DNA of 64,000 bases, taken from NCBI GenBank assembly GCA_947462815.1, contig CANHQR010000012.1, positions 8,095 through 72,094 of the forward strand. The letters run 5' to 3'. Below, piece by piece: positions 10,580 through 19,937 of the stretch (the stretch's first letter is position 1; every line of letters starts with the position of its first letter). The translations under genes and the position numbers were made by a program. Below the pieces are notes generated by a model. That model worked only from the letters and a program-made list of their open reading frames with translations, was not told the origin of the DNA and did no database searches. The DNA is from Pseudobdellovibrionaceae bacterium. GTDB lineage: Bacteria > Bdellovibrionota > Bdellovibrionia > Bdellovibrionales > JAMPXM01.

Positions 10580-11701
10580 TCAACGAAGGCGAATCGTGCC
10601 ACGCTGAGTGCGCACCACAATTTGCCCCTTCGCCACGCCCGGCAACCGACCCTGCGCCGATTTCGGGCCGGTCCCACGACTCACATCAATTCCTGGAGGC
10701 GCTACAATTTGCCCTTCAGTCGTATTCAGCCGAACACCGTAGCCCATACCCTTGGCCGACGAAATTTGCACGGCCGCCTCAAGCGTTTCAAGTTTCACAT
10801 CGGCTTCCCCAGCCAAGCCCAATTGAATTTGGCCATCGGCAGCATAGCCCTTAACCTGTCCCTCAATCCCTTGCGCGTTGACCTGACCCCGGCCCGAGTC
10901 AAAATCCAAGCCCCCGCTCAGTTTCTGAACCTGAAGTGTCCCTGAATTGTGACGAACGACGGCCTGGCCCTTGATCTGCTGAAGATTGCTTTCCCCTGCG
11001 AAATTGCCGATGCGCAAGTCGCCTTCGACTTGCTGAACACTCAATTTGGCCGCATGAGACTCGACTTGGACATGACCTTTGTGGTTCTCAATTTTCACCT
11101 CACCTCGGGAGACAAAGGCATCGAGCTGTCCCACACTCTGCTGCACACGCAAACTTCCGTCCACGATCGTGGTACGCAAGTCGCCTTTCCAGCTTTGTGC
11201 CTGTAAAGAGCCGGAATGCAAATGCACCTCGGCCGAGACGGCGGGCACATACACTTCGAGGTGCAACTCAGGCGCCTTGCTGGCGACAGCGTTGAGCCAA
11301 GCACTTCGCGTGTCGGGGCCTTTGGACTCGATCATCAAGATACCGGCTTCGCGCCGGATCTGAACTTGGAGATTTTCAAACGCCGACAATACGGCCGCGG
11401 GAGGCTGACTCAAACTCAAGGTCTTACGGGCCTTTAACACCGCCGGTGCCGAAGTTGCGATGGGAATCAATCGCACACTGCCACGAGGTATTTGTACCAC
11501 CAAACGATCCGTCGGCTGCAATTCAAGTGGCTGATCTTTAAAGCGCAATTCTCGCGCGGATTCTTTTGCGGAATTGGCCAAGGCAAGGTCCGCACTGAAA
11601 ATGCCCAAAACCAAGGCGCCCAAGATCAGGCCTCGAAGAAGAGCAAAAACACCAGCCGCGCGTTGACCCCATTTAAAGTTCAAATTTCGATGATCCGCCA
11701 T
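10580..11701 (-). CDS. DUF4097-like beta-helical repeat protein (putative adhesin/LiaG-like) with N-terminal membrane anchor
   Basis: Start taken at ATG 11701 (MADHRNLNFKWGQRAAGVFALLRGLILGALVLG), preceded by GAGGAAG. The C-terminal half is periodic beta-strand repeats (GSLRVQQSVGQLDAFVSRGEVKIENHKGHVQVESHAAKLSVQQVEGDLRIGN...). Confidence 0.6.
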   Translation of the reverse strand: MADHRNLNFKWGQRAAGVFALLRGLILGALVLGIFSADLALANSAKESARELRFKDQPLELQPTDRLVVQIPRGSVRLIPIATSAPAVLKARKTLSLSQPPAAVLSAFENLQVQIRREAGILMIESKGPDTRSAWLNAVASKAPELHLEVYVPAVSAEVHLHSGSLQAQSWKGDLRTTIVDGSLRVQQSVGQLDAFVSRGEVKIENHKGHVQVESHAAKLSVQQVEGDLRIGNFAGESNLQQIKGQAVVRHNSGTLQVQKLSGGLDFDSGRGQVNAQGIEGQVKGYAADGQIQLGLAGEADVKLETLEAAVQISSAKGMGYGVRLNTTEGQIVAPPGIDVSRGTGPKSAQGRLPGVAKGQIVVRTQRGTIRLR

Positions 11702-12010
11702 GGCGACTTCCTCGTTTGTCTGTCTTATTTCACGGCCGCTCTTCGCGAGATCCGACGTGATGTGCCCCAAAAATTTTGCCCAAAATTTGGCCCAATTCTC
11801 TCCACAAGACCAAGAGCATGACAGCCCGCCATCTCGATCATCAAGTCATTCTGTGGGACTTTTTTGGGTGCACATTTTGGGCGGGCATTGGGGGGCCACC
11901 AGGGGCCTCGGACCCTCTCGTCGAGCCGCACTGAAGGTTGACTCAATCGCGTTCCTCTCATTCTCTGATGAGCCGCCACACGATTCTTCGAATGACGAGG
12001 AGGAAGCTCA

Positions 12011-13195
12011 ATGAATAAGGTCTTTTTGACATCCGCGGTCCGCACTCCCATCGCTTCATTTCAAGGTGCCTTCACTGAGATGCCCGCGCCACGCTTGGGC
12101 GCTGTGGCGATTCGCGAAGCCTTGTCTCGCAGCGGCGATCGCCAAAAGCTCGCGCCTCTCGTTCAAGAAGTGATCATGGGCGAAGTCCTAACAGCCGGCG
12201 TTGGCCAGGCCCCTGCTCGACAGGCCGCTCTCTATGCGGAACTGCCACAGAGTGTCCCTTGCCTTACGATCAACAAAGTCTGCGGCTCCGGTCTCATGTC
12301 GGTCATGTTGGCGGCTGACCATATCCGCCTCGGTGATGTGGATTTAGCTGTCGCGGGCGGCCAAGAGAACATGACTCTTGCCCCACACCTGCTCAGCAAA
12401 TCGCGCTCAGGCTTCCGCATGGGCCACACCGAACTGACCGACTCCATGCTCAACGACGGACTTTGGGATCCTTATTCGAACTGGCACATGGGCATGGCCG
12501 CTGAACTTTGTGTGAAGGAAAACTCTTTCACGCGCGAGCAGCAAGATGCCTTTGCAATTGAATCTTACAAACGCGCTCAAAAGGCTCAGGCCGAAGGCTA
12601 CTTCAAAAATGAAATCGTCGCCGTCGAAGTCGCTAGCCGAAAGGGCCCGACCCAGGTCGCACTCGACGAGGAGCCCAGCAAAACGGATTTTTCGAAAGTT
12701 CCTGGCTTAAAGCCCGCGTTCGATAAAGCCGGCAGCGTAACGGCCGCCAACGCCTCAAAAATTAATGATGGTGCCGCAGCTGTCGTTCTCATGAGCGAAA
12801 GGATGCTGCAGCAAACGTCGAGTAAGCCCCTGGCGCGAATCGTCTCCTACGCCACACATGCCCACGATCCGAAGTGGTTCACCACGGCACCAGCGGGCGC
12901 CATGAAAAAAGCCGTCGATCGCGCCGGTCTCTCGATGAAGGACATTGACCTGTTTGAAATCAACGAGGCCTTCGCCGCCGTCACCATGGTCGCCATGAAG
13001 GAGTTTAAAATCGAGCATGAGCGCGTCAACGTCCATGGCGGCGCCGTCGCGCTCGGTCACCCGATCGGCGCTTCAGGGGCCCGAATCCTCACGACACTCA
13101 CGCATGCTCTCCAATTGCATCAAAAACGCTACGGACTCGCCACGTTGTGTATTGGCGGCGGAGAAGCTGTGGCGATGGTGATTGAACGCGCCTAA
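12011..13195 (+). CDS. Acetyl-CoA C-acetyltransferase (thiolase II)
   Basis: 394 aa. INKVCGSGLMSV (active-site Cys), NEAFAAV, GGAVALGHPIGASGARIL, CIGGGEAVAMVIE. Confidence 0.95.
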   Translation: MNKVFLTSAVRTPIASFQGAFTEMPAPRLGAVAIREALSRSGDRQKLAPLVQEVIMGEVLTAGVGQAPARQAALYAELPQSVPCLTINKVCGSGLMSVMLAADHIRLGDVDLAVAGGQENMTLAPHLLSKSRSGFRMGHTELTDSMLNDGLWDPYSNWHMGMAAELCVKENSFTREQQDAFAIESYKRAQKAQAEGYFKNEIVAVEVASRKGPTQVALDEEPSKTDFSKVPGLKPAFDKAGSVTAANASKINDGAAAVVLMSERMLQQTSSKPLARIVSYATHAHDPKWFTTAPAGAMKKAVDRAGLSMKDIDLFEINEAFAAVTMVAMKEFKIEHERVNVHGGAVALGHPIGASGARILTTLTHALQLHQKRYGLATLCIGGGEAVAMVIERA

Positions 13196-13260
13196 TGAAG
13201 CGCAACTGATGAAGCGCGCCATAAATGGCGCAACTGAGGATCTTCCTTGGGGGAAACTTT

Positions 13261-13959
13261 ATGAAGAACAAACTCTACCCGTCCGCTCAAGCGGCTCTCG
13301 AAGGCGTCAAGGACGGTATGACCATACTCGTTGGCGGCTTTGGTCTTTGCGGAATTCCTGAACATTTAATTCTCGCGCTCCGTGATTCGGGAGTGAAGAA
13401 TCTCACCTGTGTTTCCAATAATGCAGGCGTCGACGACTTTGGCCTCGGTCTCTTGCTTCACACTCGGCAGATCAAGAAGATGCTGTCTTCATATGTCGGA
13501 GAAAATGCGACCTTCGAAAAGCAGTTCCTGAGCGGCGAACTTGAACTTGAGTTTTGCCCACAAGGTACACTTGCGGAGCGAATCCGAGCCGGCGGCGCGG
13601 GCATTCCGGCGTTCTACACACCGACTGGCTACGGTACGATTGTCGCTGACGGCAAAGAGACGCGCGAGTTCAACGGGCGCCATTTCGTCTTGGAAAAAGG
13701 TATCACGGGTGATTTTGCACTCATCCGCGCTTGGAAGGCCGATCCTTTCGGCAACTTGGTCTTCCGCAAGACAGCTCGAAATTTTAATCCCATGATGGCG
13801 ACGGCCGGTCGAATCACGGTGGTTGAAGTTGAAGAATTGGTACCACTCGGCGCACTCGATCCAGAGAATATTCATGTGCCCGGAATCTATGTTCAGCGAA
13901 TGATCGTCTCGCCTCAACTTGAAAAGCGAGTCGAGCAGAGAACCGTTCGCCTGAAATGA
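13261..13959 (+). CDS. scoA: 3-oxoacid CoA-transferase subunit A
   Basis: Start at ATG 13261 ([34 protein letters not shown]), after a GGGGGA RBS. Also [12 protein letters not shown] and ...[16 protein letters not shown]. Confidence 0.9.
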   Translation: MKNKLYPSAQAALEGVKDGMTILVGGFGLCGIPEHLILALRDSGVKNLTCVSNNAGVDDFGLGLLLHTRQIKKMLSSYVGENATFEKQFLSGELELEFCPQGTLAERIRAGGAGIPAFYTPTGYGTIVADGKETREFNGRHFVLEKGITGDFALIRAWKADPFGNLVFRKTARNFNPMMATAGRITVVEVEELVPLGALDPENIHVPGIYVQRMIVSPQLEKRVEQRTVRLK

Positions 13960-13987
13960 TTTTCGTGGAGCTCTCGAAGGAGTTTTT

Positions 13988-14650
13988 ATGCCTTTAAATC
14001 GTGATCAAATCGCCAAACGGATCGCTCAAGAGATCGAACCAGGGTATTGCGTGAACTTGGGAATTGGCATCCCGACTCTTGTCGCCAACTTTATCCCGCA
14101 GGAAATGGGCGTCATGCTCCAAAGCGAAAACGGCCTTTTGGGCATGGGTGGCTTTCCTCTCGAAAGCGAAGTCGATCCGGACCTCATCAATGCGGGAAAG
14201 CAAACCGTGACCGCCGTACCGGGTGCCTCATTTTTTTCTTCGGCCGAGAGTTTCGCGATGATTCGCGGCGGACATGTCGATCTCACCGTACTCGGCGCCA
14301 TGCAGGTCGATCTCGATGGATCGATCGCCAATTGGATGATTCCGGGCAAAATGGTCAAAGGCATGGGCGGAGCGATGGATCTCGTCGCCGGCGCACGTCG
14401 TGTGATCGTGGCGATGGAGCATTGTGCGAAAGATGGTTCACATAAACTGCTCAAGAAGTGCACGCTGCCTCTGACGGGTATGGGCGTCGTGGAAAGAATC
14501 GTCACGGATTACGGCGTATTGGATGTCATGAAAGGTCGCGGGTTTCGGTTGGTCGAGTGGGCTCCTGACCTGTCACCTGAAGATGTCGTGAAGGCGACGG
14601 GTGCTCCGGTTGAGATCGCTCCTGACGCCAAGCCCGTTTCGCTCAACTAG
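13988..14650 (+). CDS. scoB: 3-oxoacid CoA-transferase subunit B
   Basis: 220 aa. [23 protein letters not shown] (catalytic Glu context), GGAMDLV. Confidence 0.9.
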   Translation: MPLNRDQIAKRIAQEIEPGYCVNLGIGIPTLVANFIPQEMGVMLQSENGLLGMGGFPLESEVDPDLINAGKQTVTAVPGASFFSSAESFAMIRGGHVDLTVLGAMQVDLDGSIANWMIPGKMVKGMGGAMDLVAGARRVIVAMEHCAKDGSHKLLKKCTLPLTGMGVVERIVTDYGVLDVMKGRGFRLVEWAPDLSPEDVVKATGAPVEIAPDAKPVSLN

Positions 14651-14782
14651 GTCCCGGTTCACCTCGACTGATGTCGGGTTCCTCGGCCTTGTCGCGGAGT
14701 GACGCTGCACCTTGGCCAACAACTTGATAGCCTGGGGTCATCATCCTTAGCAGCGGCGAGAGCAGCAGGCAGTGACACCGAC

Positions 14783-15766
14783 ATGAGTGGACCGAAGAAC
14801 CTCAAAAAAGGCGAGTATCTCTTTCGCGAAGGCGACCCCGCCGAGTCGATGTTTGTCATTAAGAGCGGTAAGCTGGCCGTTGTTCGCCCCAAAGGCGGAG
14901 GAGAGATCGTTCTCGCCGAACTCGGCGCAAACGACATGATCGGCGAGATGGCGTTCTTCGATAACAAGCCGCGCTCCGCCAGCATCAAGGCCATCTCGGA
15001 CGCCGTGGTCATTGAACTTCCCTTCAAAGCTTTGCACGCTCAATTTAAGAGTTTCCCGGAGTGGGTGAAGGCGATCATGAAGTCGGTGAACACCCATTTG
15101 CGAAACGCGAACCAAAAGATCAAACAGCTTGAAAAGACGGATGACGACACTTCTGTATTCCCACCTCACACGGTCACGAGACTTTGCGCCATCATTGGCA
15201 TGACGGCGAAAGTCTACGGTAAGCCCGGTGAAAAAGCCGGCTTCGTGGTGCCGACTGAGCGCCTGCGCCGCTACACTATTCAGGTCTTCCAACAGCCCAC
15301 CAATAAGATGGATACGATGCTCGAGCTCTTGCAAGGCTTTGGGCATGCGAAAGTCGAAGACCTGGGCGAAGGCAATCGTCGGATCACGGTGATTGACCCT
15401 GATTTCCTAATTCGCTTTGTCGACTTCTACAATGATTGGCTCTTTAAGAGCGACGACAAGAGGGTCAACGTCGAGGAAAAGGAAATGAAGTCGCTTCGCA
15501 CCCTCATGCATTTTGGAAAACGAGAAACTCCCAGCGACAAGGGCGAAGTGAAAGTGAATCTCACACAAATGCAGAATGATTCGATGCGCGAGCTCGGCTT
15601 TCTCTTTAGCGTCGACGATCCGAATTCGCTTTCCGAGAAAGGCCTGATCGGTGAAAAGTTCTCCGTGGATGGCGGCGGACTGGCGGTATCATTCAATCTC
15701 AGCGAACTCGAAACCATCTACCCTTACTGGGAAATCATTCACGCCGCGAAGAAGGTCACGCGATAA
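14783..15766 (+). CDS. Cyclic-nucleotide-binding domain protein with uncharacterised ~220-aa C-terminal domain
   Basis: Start at ATG 14783 (MSGPKNLKKGEYLFREGDPAESMFVIKSGKLAVV...GANDMIGEMAFFDNKPRSASIKA is a canonical cNMP-binding fold). The C-terminal region shows no Crp-type HTH that I can recognise. Confidence 0.8.
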   Translation: MSGPKNLKKGEYLFREGDPAESMFVIKSGKLAVVRPKGGGEIVLAELGANDMIGEMAFFDNKPRSASIKAISDAVVIELPFKALHAQFKSFPEWVKAIMKSVNTHLRNANQKIKQLEKTDDDTSVFPPHTVTRLCAIIGMTAKVYGKPGEKAGFVVPTERLRRYTIQVFQQPTNKMDTMLELLQGFGHAKVEDLGEGNRRITVIDPDFLIRFVDFYNDWLFKSDDKRVNVEEKEMKSLRTLMHFGKRETPSDKGEVKVNLTQMQNDSMRELGFLFSVDDPNSLSEKGLIGEKFSVDGGGLAVSFNLSELETIYPYWEIIHAAKKVTR

Positions 15767-15785
15767 TCGCGACGACCTCCCGAGC

Positions 15786-16277
15786 TTATTCGATCAAGGC
15801 TGCAGCGAGGCTTTCAGCTCCCGCAGGATAGTAGGACGCATTCACAATCCCCATTTTCAACATTTCGCGTGCGAACCAAAACGGACGCCCGTCGAAGTCG
15901 TCAACGCCCACGATAATGTAATGAGTCTTGGTGGGACTCTTTTGCGATTCCACCAGCTCACTCGCGTTGAAAGAGGCTTTGACCAATTGCTCCACTGTGA
16001 TCTCCGGCACGTATCGACGCCCCTTCTCAGGTAAGTCCGGGATCTCGTAAGAGACTTTCATCGCATTAGGAATACTGAAATCCGCCATCTCGGCTGCCGC
16101 TCTCACGTCGATCACAGCGATCGCAACACCGGAAGACTTCAACCTCTGGATGCCGCGGTTATTGAAGTAGGGATAGCGAAATACTGACGGCGGTGGGCGC
16201 TTCAACTGGTCAATGCCCGCAGCCCGGAGATTCTCGATTCGCATCACGGTAAACTGGGCCTCGGCCCCGCGACTCAC
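15786..16277 (-). CDS. Hypothetical protein, weak rhodanese-like resemblance without catalytic Cys; start uncertain
   Basis: GTG at 16277 is the first canonical start. The same frame stays open and protein-like for 55 more codons, up to a TAA at 16443-16445. VIDVRAAAEMADFSIPNAM and ...IIVGVDDFDGRPFWFAREMLKMGIVNASYYPAG loosely resemble a rhodanese fold. Confidence 0.4.
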   Translation of the reverse strand: MSRGAEAQFTVMRIENLRAAGIDQLKRPPPSVFRYPYFNNRGIQRLKSSGVAIAVIDVRAAAEMADFSIPNAMKVSYEIPDLPEKGRRYVPEITVEQLVKASFNASELVESQKSPTKTHYIIVGVDDFDGRPFWFAREMLKMGIVNASYYPAGAESLAAALIE

Positions 16278-16542
16278 TGTCGCGATCTTCTGCAGACCCT
16301 CTTTGTCGATTTTGAGAAGCTCGTAGACTTCCGGAGCGAGATTCGAGTCATCGCCGATCTGCAGGATGGCTCGTATATCAATAGCCCCTAGGTCTTGAGT
16401 CGCGACACCTGTGCGCGAGAAGTTATGAAAAATCAGCTGAGCTTACCCGCCGACGAGAAAGCAGGATCTTGCCAGATGCACGAGGAGGGTTTGCGTTTGC
16501 CGAGCGACCACCGCATCGATCAAACCCTTAAATGCACAGAGC

Positions 16543-18036
16543 TCAGGTCAATGAGGAGTGAACCCGACAGCGGGTCGGGAGCTCGGCCTCCGGCAATCGA
16601 GTCAGATCTTCGCGATTAATGGTATAAACCCGAAGGGCATTTGTGGTACCCCGTTCGAGAACGGGCACTCCCAAGGTTAAGATCACCCGATCTCCCGGCT
16701 TCACCAGACCGTACTGCAAAAGCATACGCTCGATCTGCTGCATCGCCTCGTCTGAAGATGAATAAGGGTCAATCTTAAAAGTCTGAATTCCCCATACGAG
16801 CTCAAGTCGATTGAGCGTCGGAAGAATATGGGTGACCGCGATGATTCGCGCTTTGGGACGATAGCCGGCAATCATCGATGCCGTTTTCCCTGAGGTCGTC
16901 AAACAGACAATCGCCTCCGCCTGAAGCTTCTGCGCGGAGAGAGCTGACGCCGCGGCAATCGCATCGGCGACGGATGAGAATTGATCCTCCATCCGCATGT
17001 CGTAGAAGTAATCTCCGTTTCTCTCCACTTCGAGAATAATTTCATGCATCGTTTGGATACAGCGAAACGGAAATCTCCCGCTGGCCGATTCAGCGGATAG
17101 CATCAGCGCATCACTTCCATCTAAGACCGCATTGGCGACGTCCGTGATTTCGGCCCGAGTCGGTCGAGGATTATCCGTCATGGAGTCGAGCATTTGCGTC
17201 GCCGTGATCACCGGCCGCCCAACCCGATTACATAGCTGTACGATTTGCTTTTGAATCTGAGGGAGTCGTGTTTGACCAACCTCAACCGCCAGATCCCCAC
17301 GAGCAACCATGACGGCATCACTCAGGCGGACGATCTCTTCGAGATCTTCAATGGCCTCCAGCATTTCGATCTTCGCCACAATTCGCGCGCTGGATCCCTT
17401 TTGCTGAATCAATTCGCGAAGGCGACGAATATCCGAACCGCTTCGTACAAAAGACAAGGCGATGAAATCAACACCTTGCGCAATTCCGAACTCTAAATCC
17501 TTGAGATCTTTGGGAGTCAAACAGTCAACCTGCAAGTGCGCACCCGGAATATTCATGCCTTTGCGGTCTTTGAGCACACCACCGTAAATGACGACACAAT
17601 GAACATTGTCGCCATCGACTTTGAGGACTTTAAGTTCAAGCAAACCATCATCCAACATAATTCGAGTTCCAGGAGTACATGAGCCCGGGAGTTCTTTGAA
17701 ATCGGAAGGAATGAGCCCGGCGCGACCAAGAACCTCTTGGACCGTGACGATCACTTCGGAGCCTTCTTCGAGCTCGATGGCCCCATTTTCGAACCTGCCC
17801 ACACGAATCTTCGGGCCTTGCAGGTCTTGAAGAAGTGTTATTGGAGCGCGCAACTCCAACGAAAGCTCACGAAGATCGCGAATGACCGCGGCGTGCTCCG
17901 CGTGGGTTCCATGCGAAAAGTTAAGGCGAGCGACATTCATGCCCGCCATCATGGCCTTTTTAAGGTTTTCGTGCCCTTTGGTAGCTGGGCCAATAGTGGC
18001 CACGATTTTAGTGCGTCGGTCCGCCAGACGATTCAT
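16543..18036 (-). CDS. pyk: Pyruvate kinase
   Basis: Start taken at the internal ATG 18036 (MNRLADRRTKIVATIGPAT). Also NVARLNFSHG, MVARGDLAVEV, ITATQMLDSM. Confidence 0.95.
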   Translation of the reverse strand: MNRLADRRTKIVATIGPATKGHENLKKAMMAGMNVARLNFSHGTHAEHAAVIRDLRELSLELRAPITLLQDLQGPKIRVGRFENGAIELEEGSEVIVTVQEVLGRAGLIPSDFKELPGSCTPGTRIMLDDGLLELKVLKVDGDNVHCVVIYGGVLKDRKGMNIPGAHLQVDCLTPKDLKDLEFGIAQGVDFIALSFVRSGSDIRRLRELIQQKGSSARIVAKIEMLEAIEDLEEIVRLSDAVMVARGDLAVEVGQTRLPQIQKQIVQLCNRVGRPVITATQMLDSMTDNPRPTRAEITDVANAVLDGSDALMLSAESASGRFPFRCIQTMHEIILEVERNGDYFYDMRMEDQFSSVADAIAAASALSAQKLQAEAIVCLTTSGKTASMIAGYRPKARIIAVTHILPTLNRLELVWGIQTFKIDPYSSSDEAMQQIERMLLQYGLVKPGDRVILTLGVPVLERGTTNALRVYTINREDLTRLPEAELPTRCRVHSSLT

Positions 18037-18134
18037 CACTTGCCCCACCCTGATCACCTCAACAAAGCTCAATTTCTCAAAGTCAAAGATCCCTCTCGGG
18101 ATCTTATCGCGGGGTCGGCGCAAGTCGAATCATT

Positions 18135-19808
18135 TCAGGTTTTGGCTCCTGTTTTTGCGCGAGTCAGGTTAGCCAAAGACTCCTCATGACGGCGCTGCAT
18201 CGAATCCACCTGTTGCTTGTGGGCCTCTTCCATCTTCGCAATTCGATTCTCGTATTGAGTGGCCTGACGCTGAATCTCAAGATTCTTTTGAACCACCAGG
18301 TCCTTCTTTTCCTTCTGATGCACCGTCGCAAGCTCCCGCTCACGACGTTCTGAATCTTGCTGTAAATCTTGAATCTGAATTGCGTGTTTAGATGTGAGTT
18401 CGCCGAGCTTTTCTCGGAACTTTTCTTCTCGCTCTCTGGCCTGACGCGAGAAATTCGCGACAATCAGATCCTGGTCGCGCTTGTTACGCTCCCGGAGGTC
18501 TCGCAGACTCGTTTCAAAGTTCTCGCGTTGGGCGACCGACGACTGCTCAAAGAAATTTCGCATAGACTTCTCTTCTCTATCTGCCTGCGCCGACAACTTG
18601 TCGAATCGAGTTCGATTCGTGATCTCAGTATTCGCTAGCTTCTTTTCATGATCCACGTTGACTCGCTCCAATCGCTCATCGGCCCGAGCCTTATCCATGA
18701 TCAATTTTTCTTGATAGAATCGATTTGTTCGGCCCATCGTGTCCGAGTTCGAGCTATTGACCCTTCGAATCTCTTCGGCTGTTTTTTCATTCGTTGCATC
18801 TACCAGTTCGACGCGAGCTCTTTCGAGAAGCTCGATGTTTTTTTGCATTTCAGATCGCGTGTTTTGAACTTCGTGATTCTTTTGCTGGTTCATGCGTACC
18901 TGCTGGCGGGTCAGCTCGGACTTGAGACGACGCTTCTCCGCTTCACCTGCATTGACTCGATCATTCACGCGCTTATTGACGCTTTCTTCAAACGACAGAC
19001 GCGCGCGCTGATTCGATTCAACATTCTCATCCATCGCTTCACGGTATCGATCTCGAGCCGCCTTGAGTCCAGAATCGAAACTCTGTCGCGCCTCATCAAG
19101 CCCCATACGATGATTTTGACGTTCATCTTCAATGGTGAACTGACTTTGCATTCGCTGAGACTCTAATTGATTGCGCTTCTCACGCTCGAGCGCCGCCATT
19201 TGCGTATCTTTGGCCCGACGAAGCTCCGCCTGGTTTCGCTGCTCCTGTTCCAGCATTCGATTTCGATCACTGATAATCGCGGACTTTTCTTCTTCGTGAG
19301 CTTGAGTCAATCTTGTTCGTGTCTCACCGAGCGACTTCTGCGAAGTTTCGCGCGTTCGTTTGGCAAAGTCCTCGAATTGTGTATCTTTTTTCTTAAGATC
19401 ATCAATGAACTGAGCTCGCATCAATTGGGTCTGCTGGGACTGGGCCGCTTTGTCCGCCTCGGCCTGGCTCTTATAAGCGGTCTCAAGTTGTCGGCGAGCT
19501 GTTTCAGATTCATTCGCTTGCCGCTGCACGTTTTTCTGATGCATCGAGCGAAGCTCCTCAATCTCGCGCTGGTAACGCAAATCGCGAGCTGAAATGGCTT
19601 CGGATGCCCGATCCTTGAGGTCAGACATATGCCGATTGTGCTGAGCCTCAAGTTCGGAAATTTCTTTTTGATGAGCCTCAGCCATGCGCTTCATGGCTTG
19701 TGCGTGGCGCTTCGCTTGTTCGGCTTCTTTTTGCTGATAGGATTCGCGAGCAGCGCGTGTCGCCTCATCCTGACTTGATCGCTTTTCGGCTGAACCAACA
19801 GAAGACAT
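18135..19808 (-). CDS. Long coiled-coil protein (E/R/Q/K-rich, ~557 aa)
   Basis: Almost the entire length is heptad-like charged sequence (…EAEQAKRHAQAMKRMAEAHQKEISELEAQHNRH…). No enzymatic motif. Confidence 0.7.
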   Translation of the reverse strand: MSSVGSAEKRSSQDEATRAARESYQQKEAEQAKRHAQAMKRMAEAHQKEISELEAQHNRHMSDLKDRASEAISARDLRYQREIEELRSMHQKNVQRQANESETARRQLETAYKSQAEADKAAQSQQTQLMRAQFIDDLKKKDTQFEDFAKRTRETSQKSLGETRTRLTQAHEEEKSAIISDRNRMLEQEQRNQAELRRAKDTQMAALEREKRNQLESQRMQSQFTIEDERQNHRMGLDEARQSFDSGLKAARDRYREAMDENVESNQRARLSFEESVNKRVNDRVNAGEAEKRRLKSELTRQQVRMNQQKNHEVQNTRSEMQKNIELLERARVELVDATNEKTAEEIRRVNSSNSDTMGRTNRFYQEKLIMDKARADERLERVNVDHEKKLANTEITNRTRFDKLSAQADREEKSMRNFFEQSSVAQRENFETSLRDLRERNKRDQDLIVANFSRQAREREEKFREKLGELTSKHAIQIQDLQQDSERRERELATVHQKEKKDLVVQKNLEIQRQATQYENRIAKMEEAHKQQVDSMQRRHEESLANLTRAKTGAKT

Positions 19809-19937
19809 ACCGGCTTCTCCTCCATGAGAAGTGAATTCAGTCTCTTCCAGTGTAGCAGAACTCAGCAGAATTCACTGCGAATACGAAGTAATCACAAGAC
19901 TCCTCGACGGGGGTCCAGGCAAGATTTGGGAGTCGGG

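Noticed and set aside
14747-15346. 199-aa minus-strand ORF
   Set aside because: It is antisense to the cNMP-binding gene, whose plus frame carries a canonical cNMP-binding fold.
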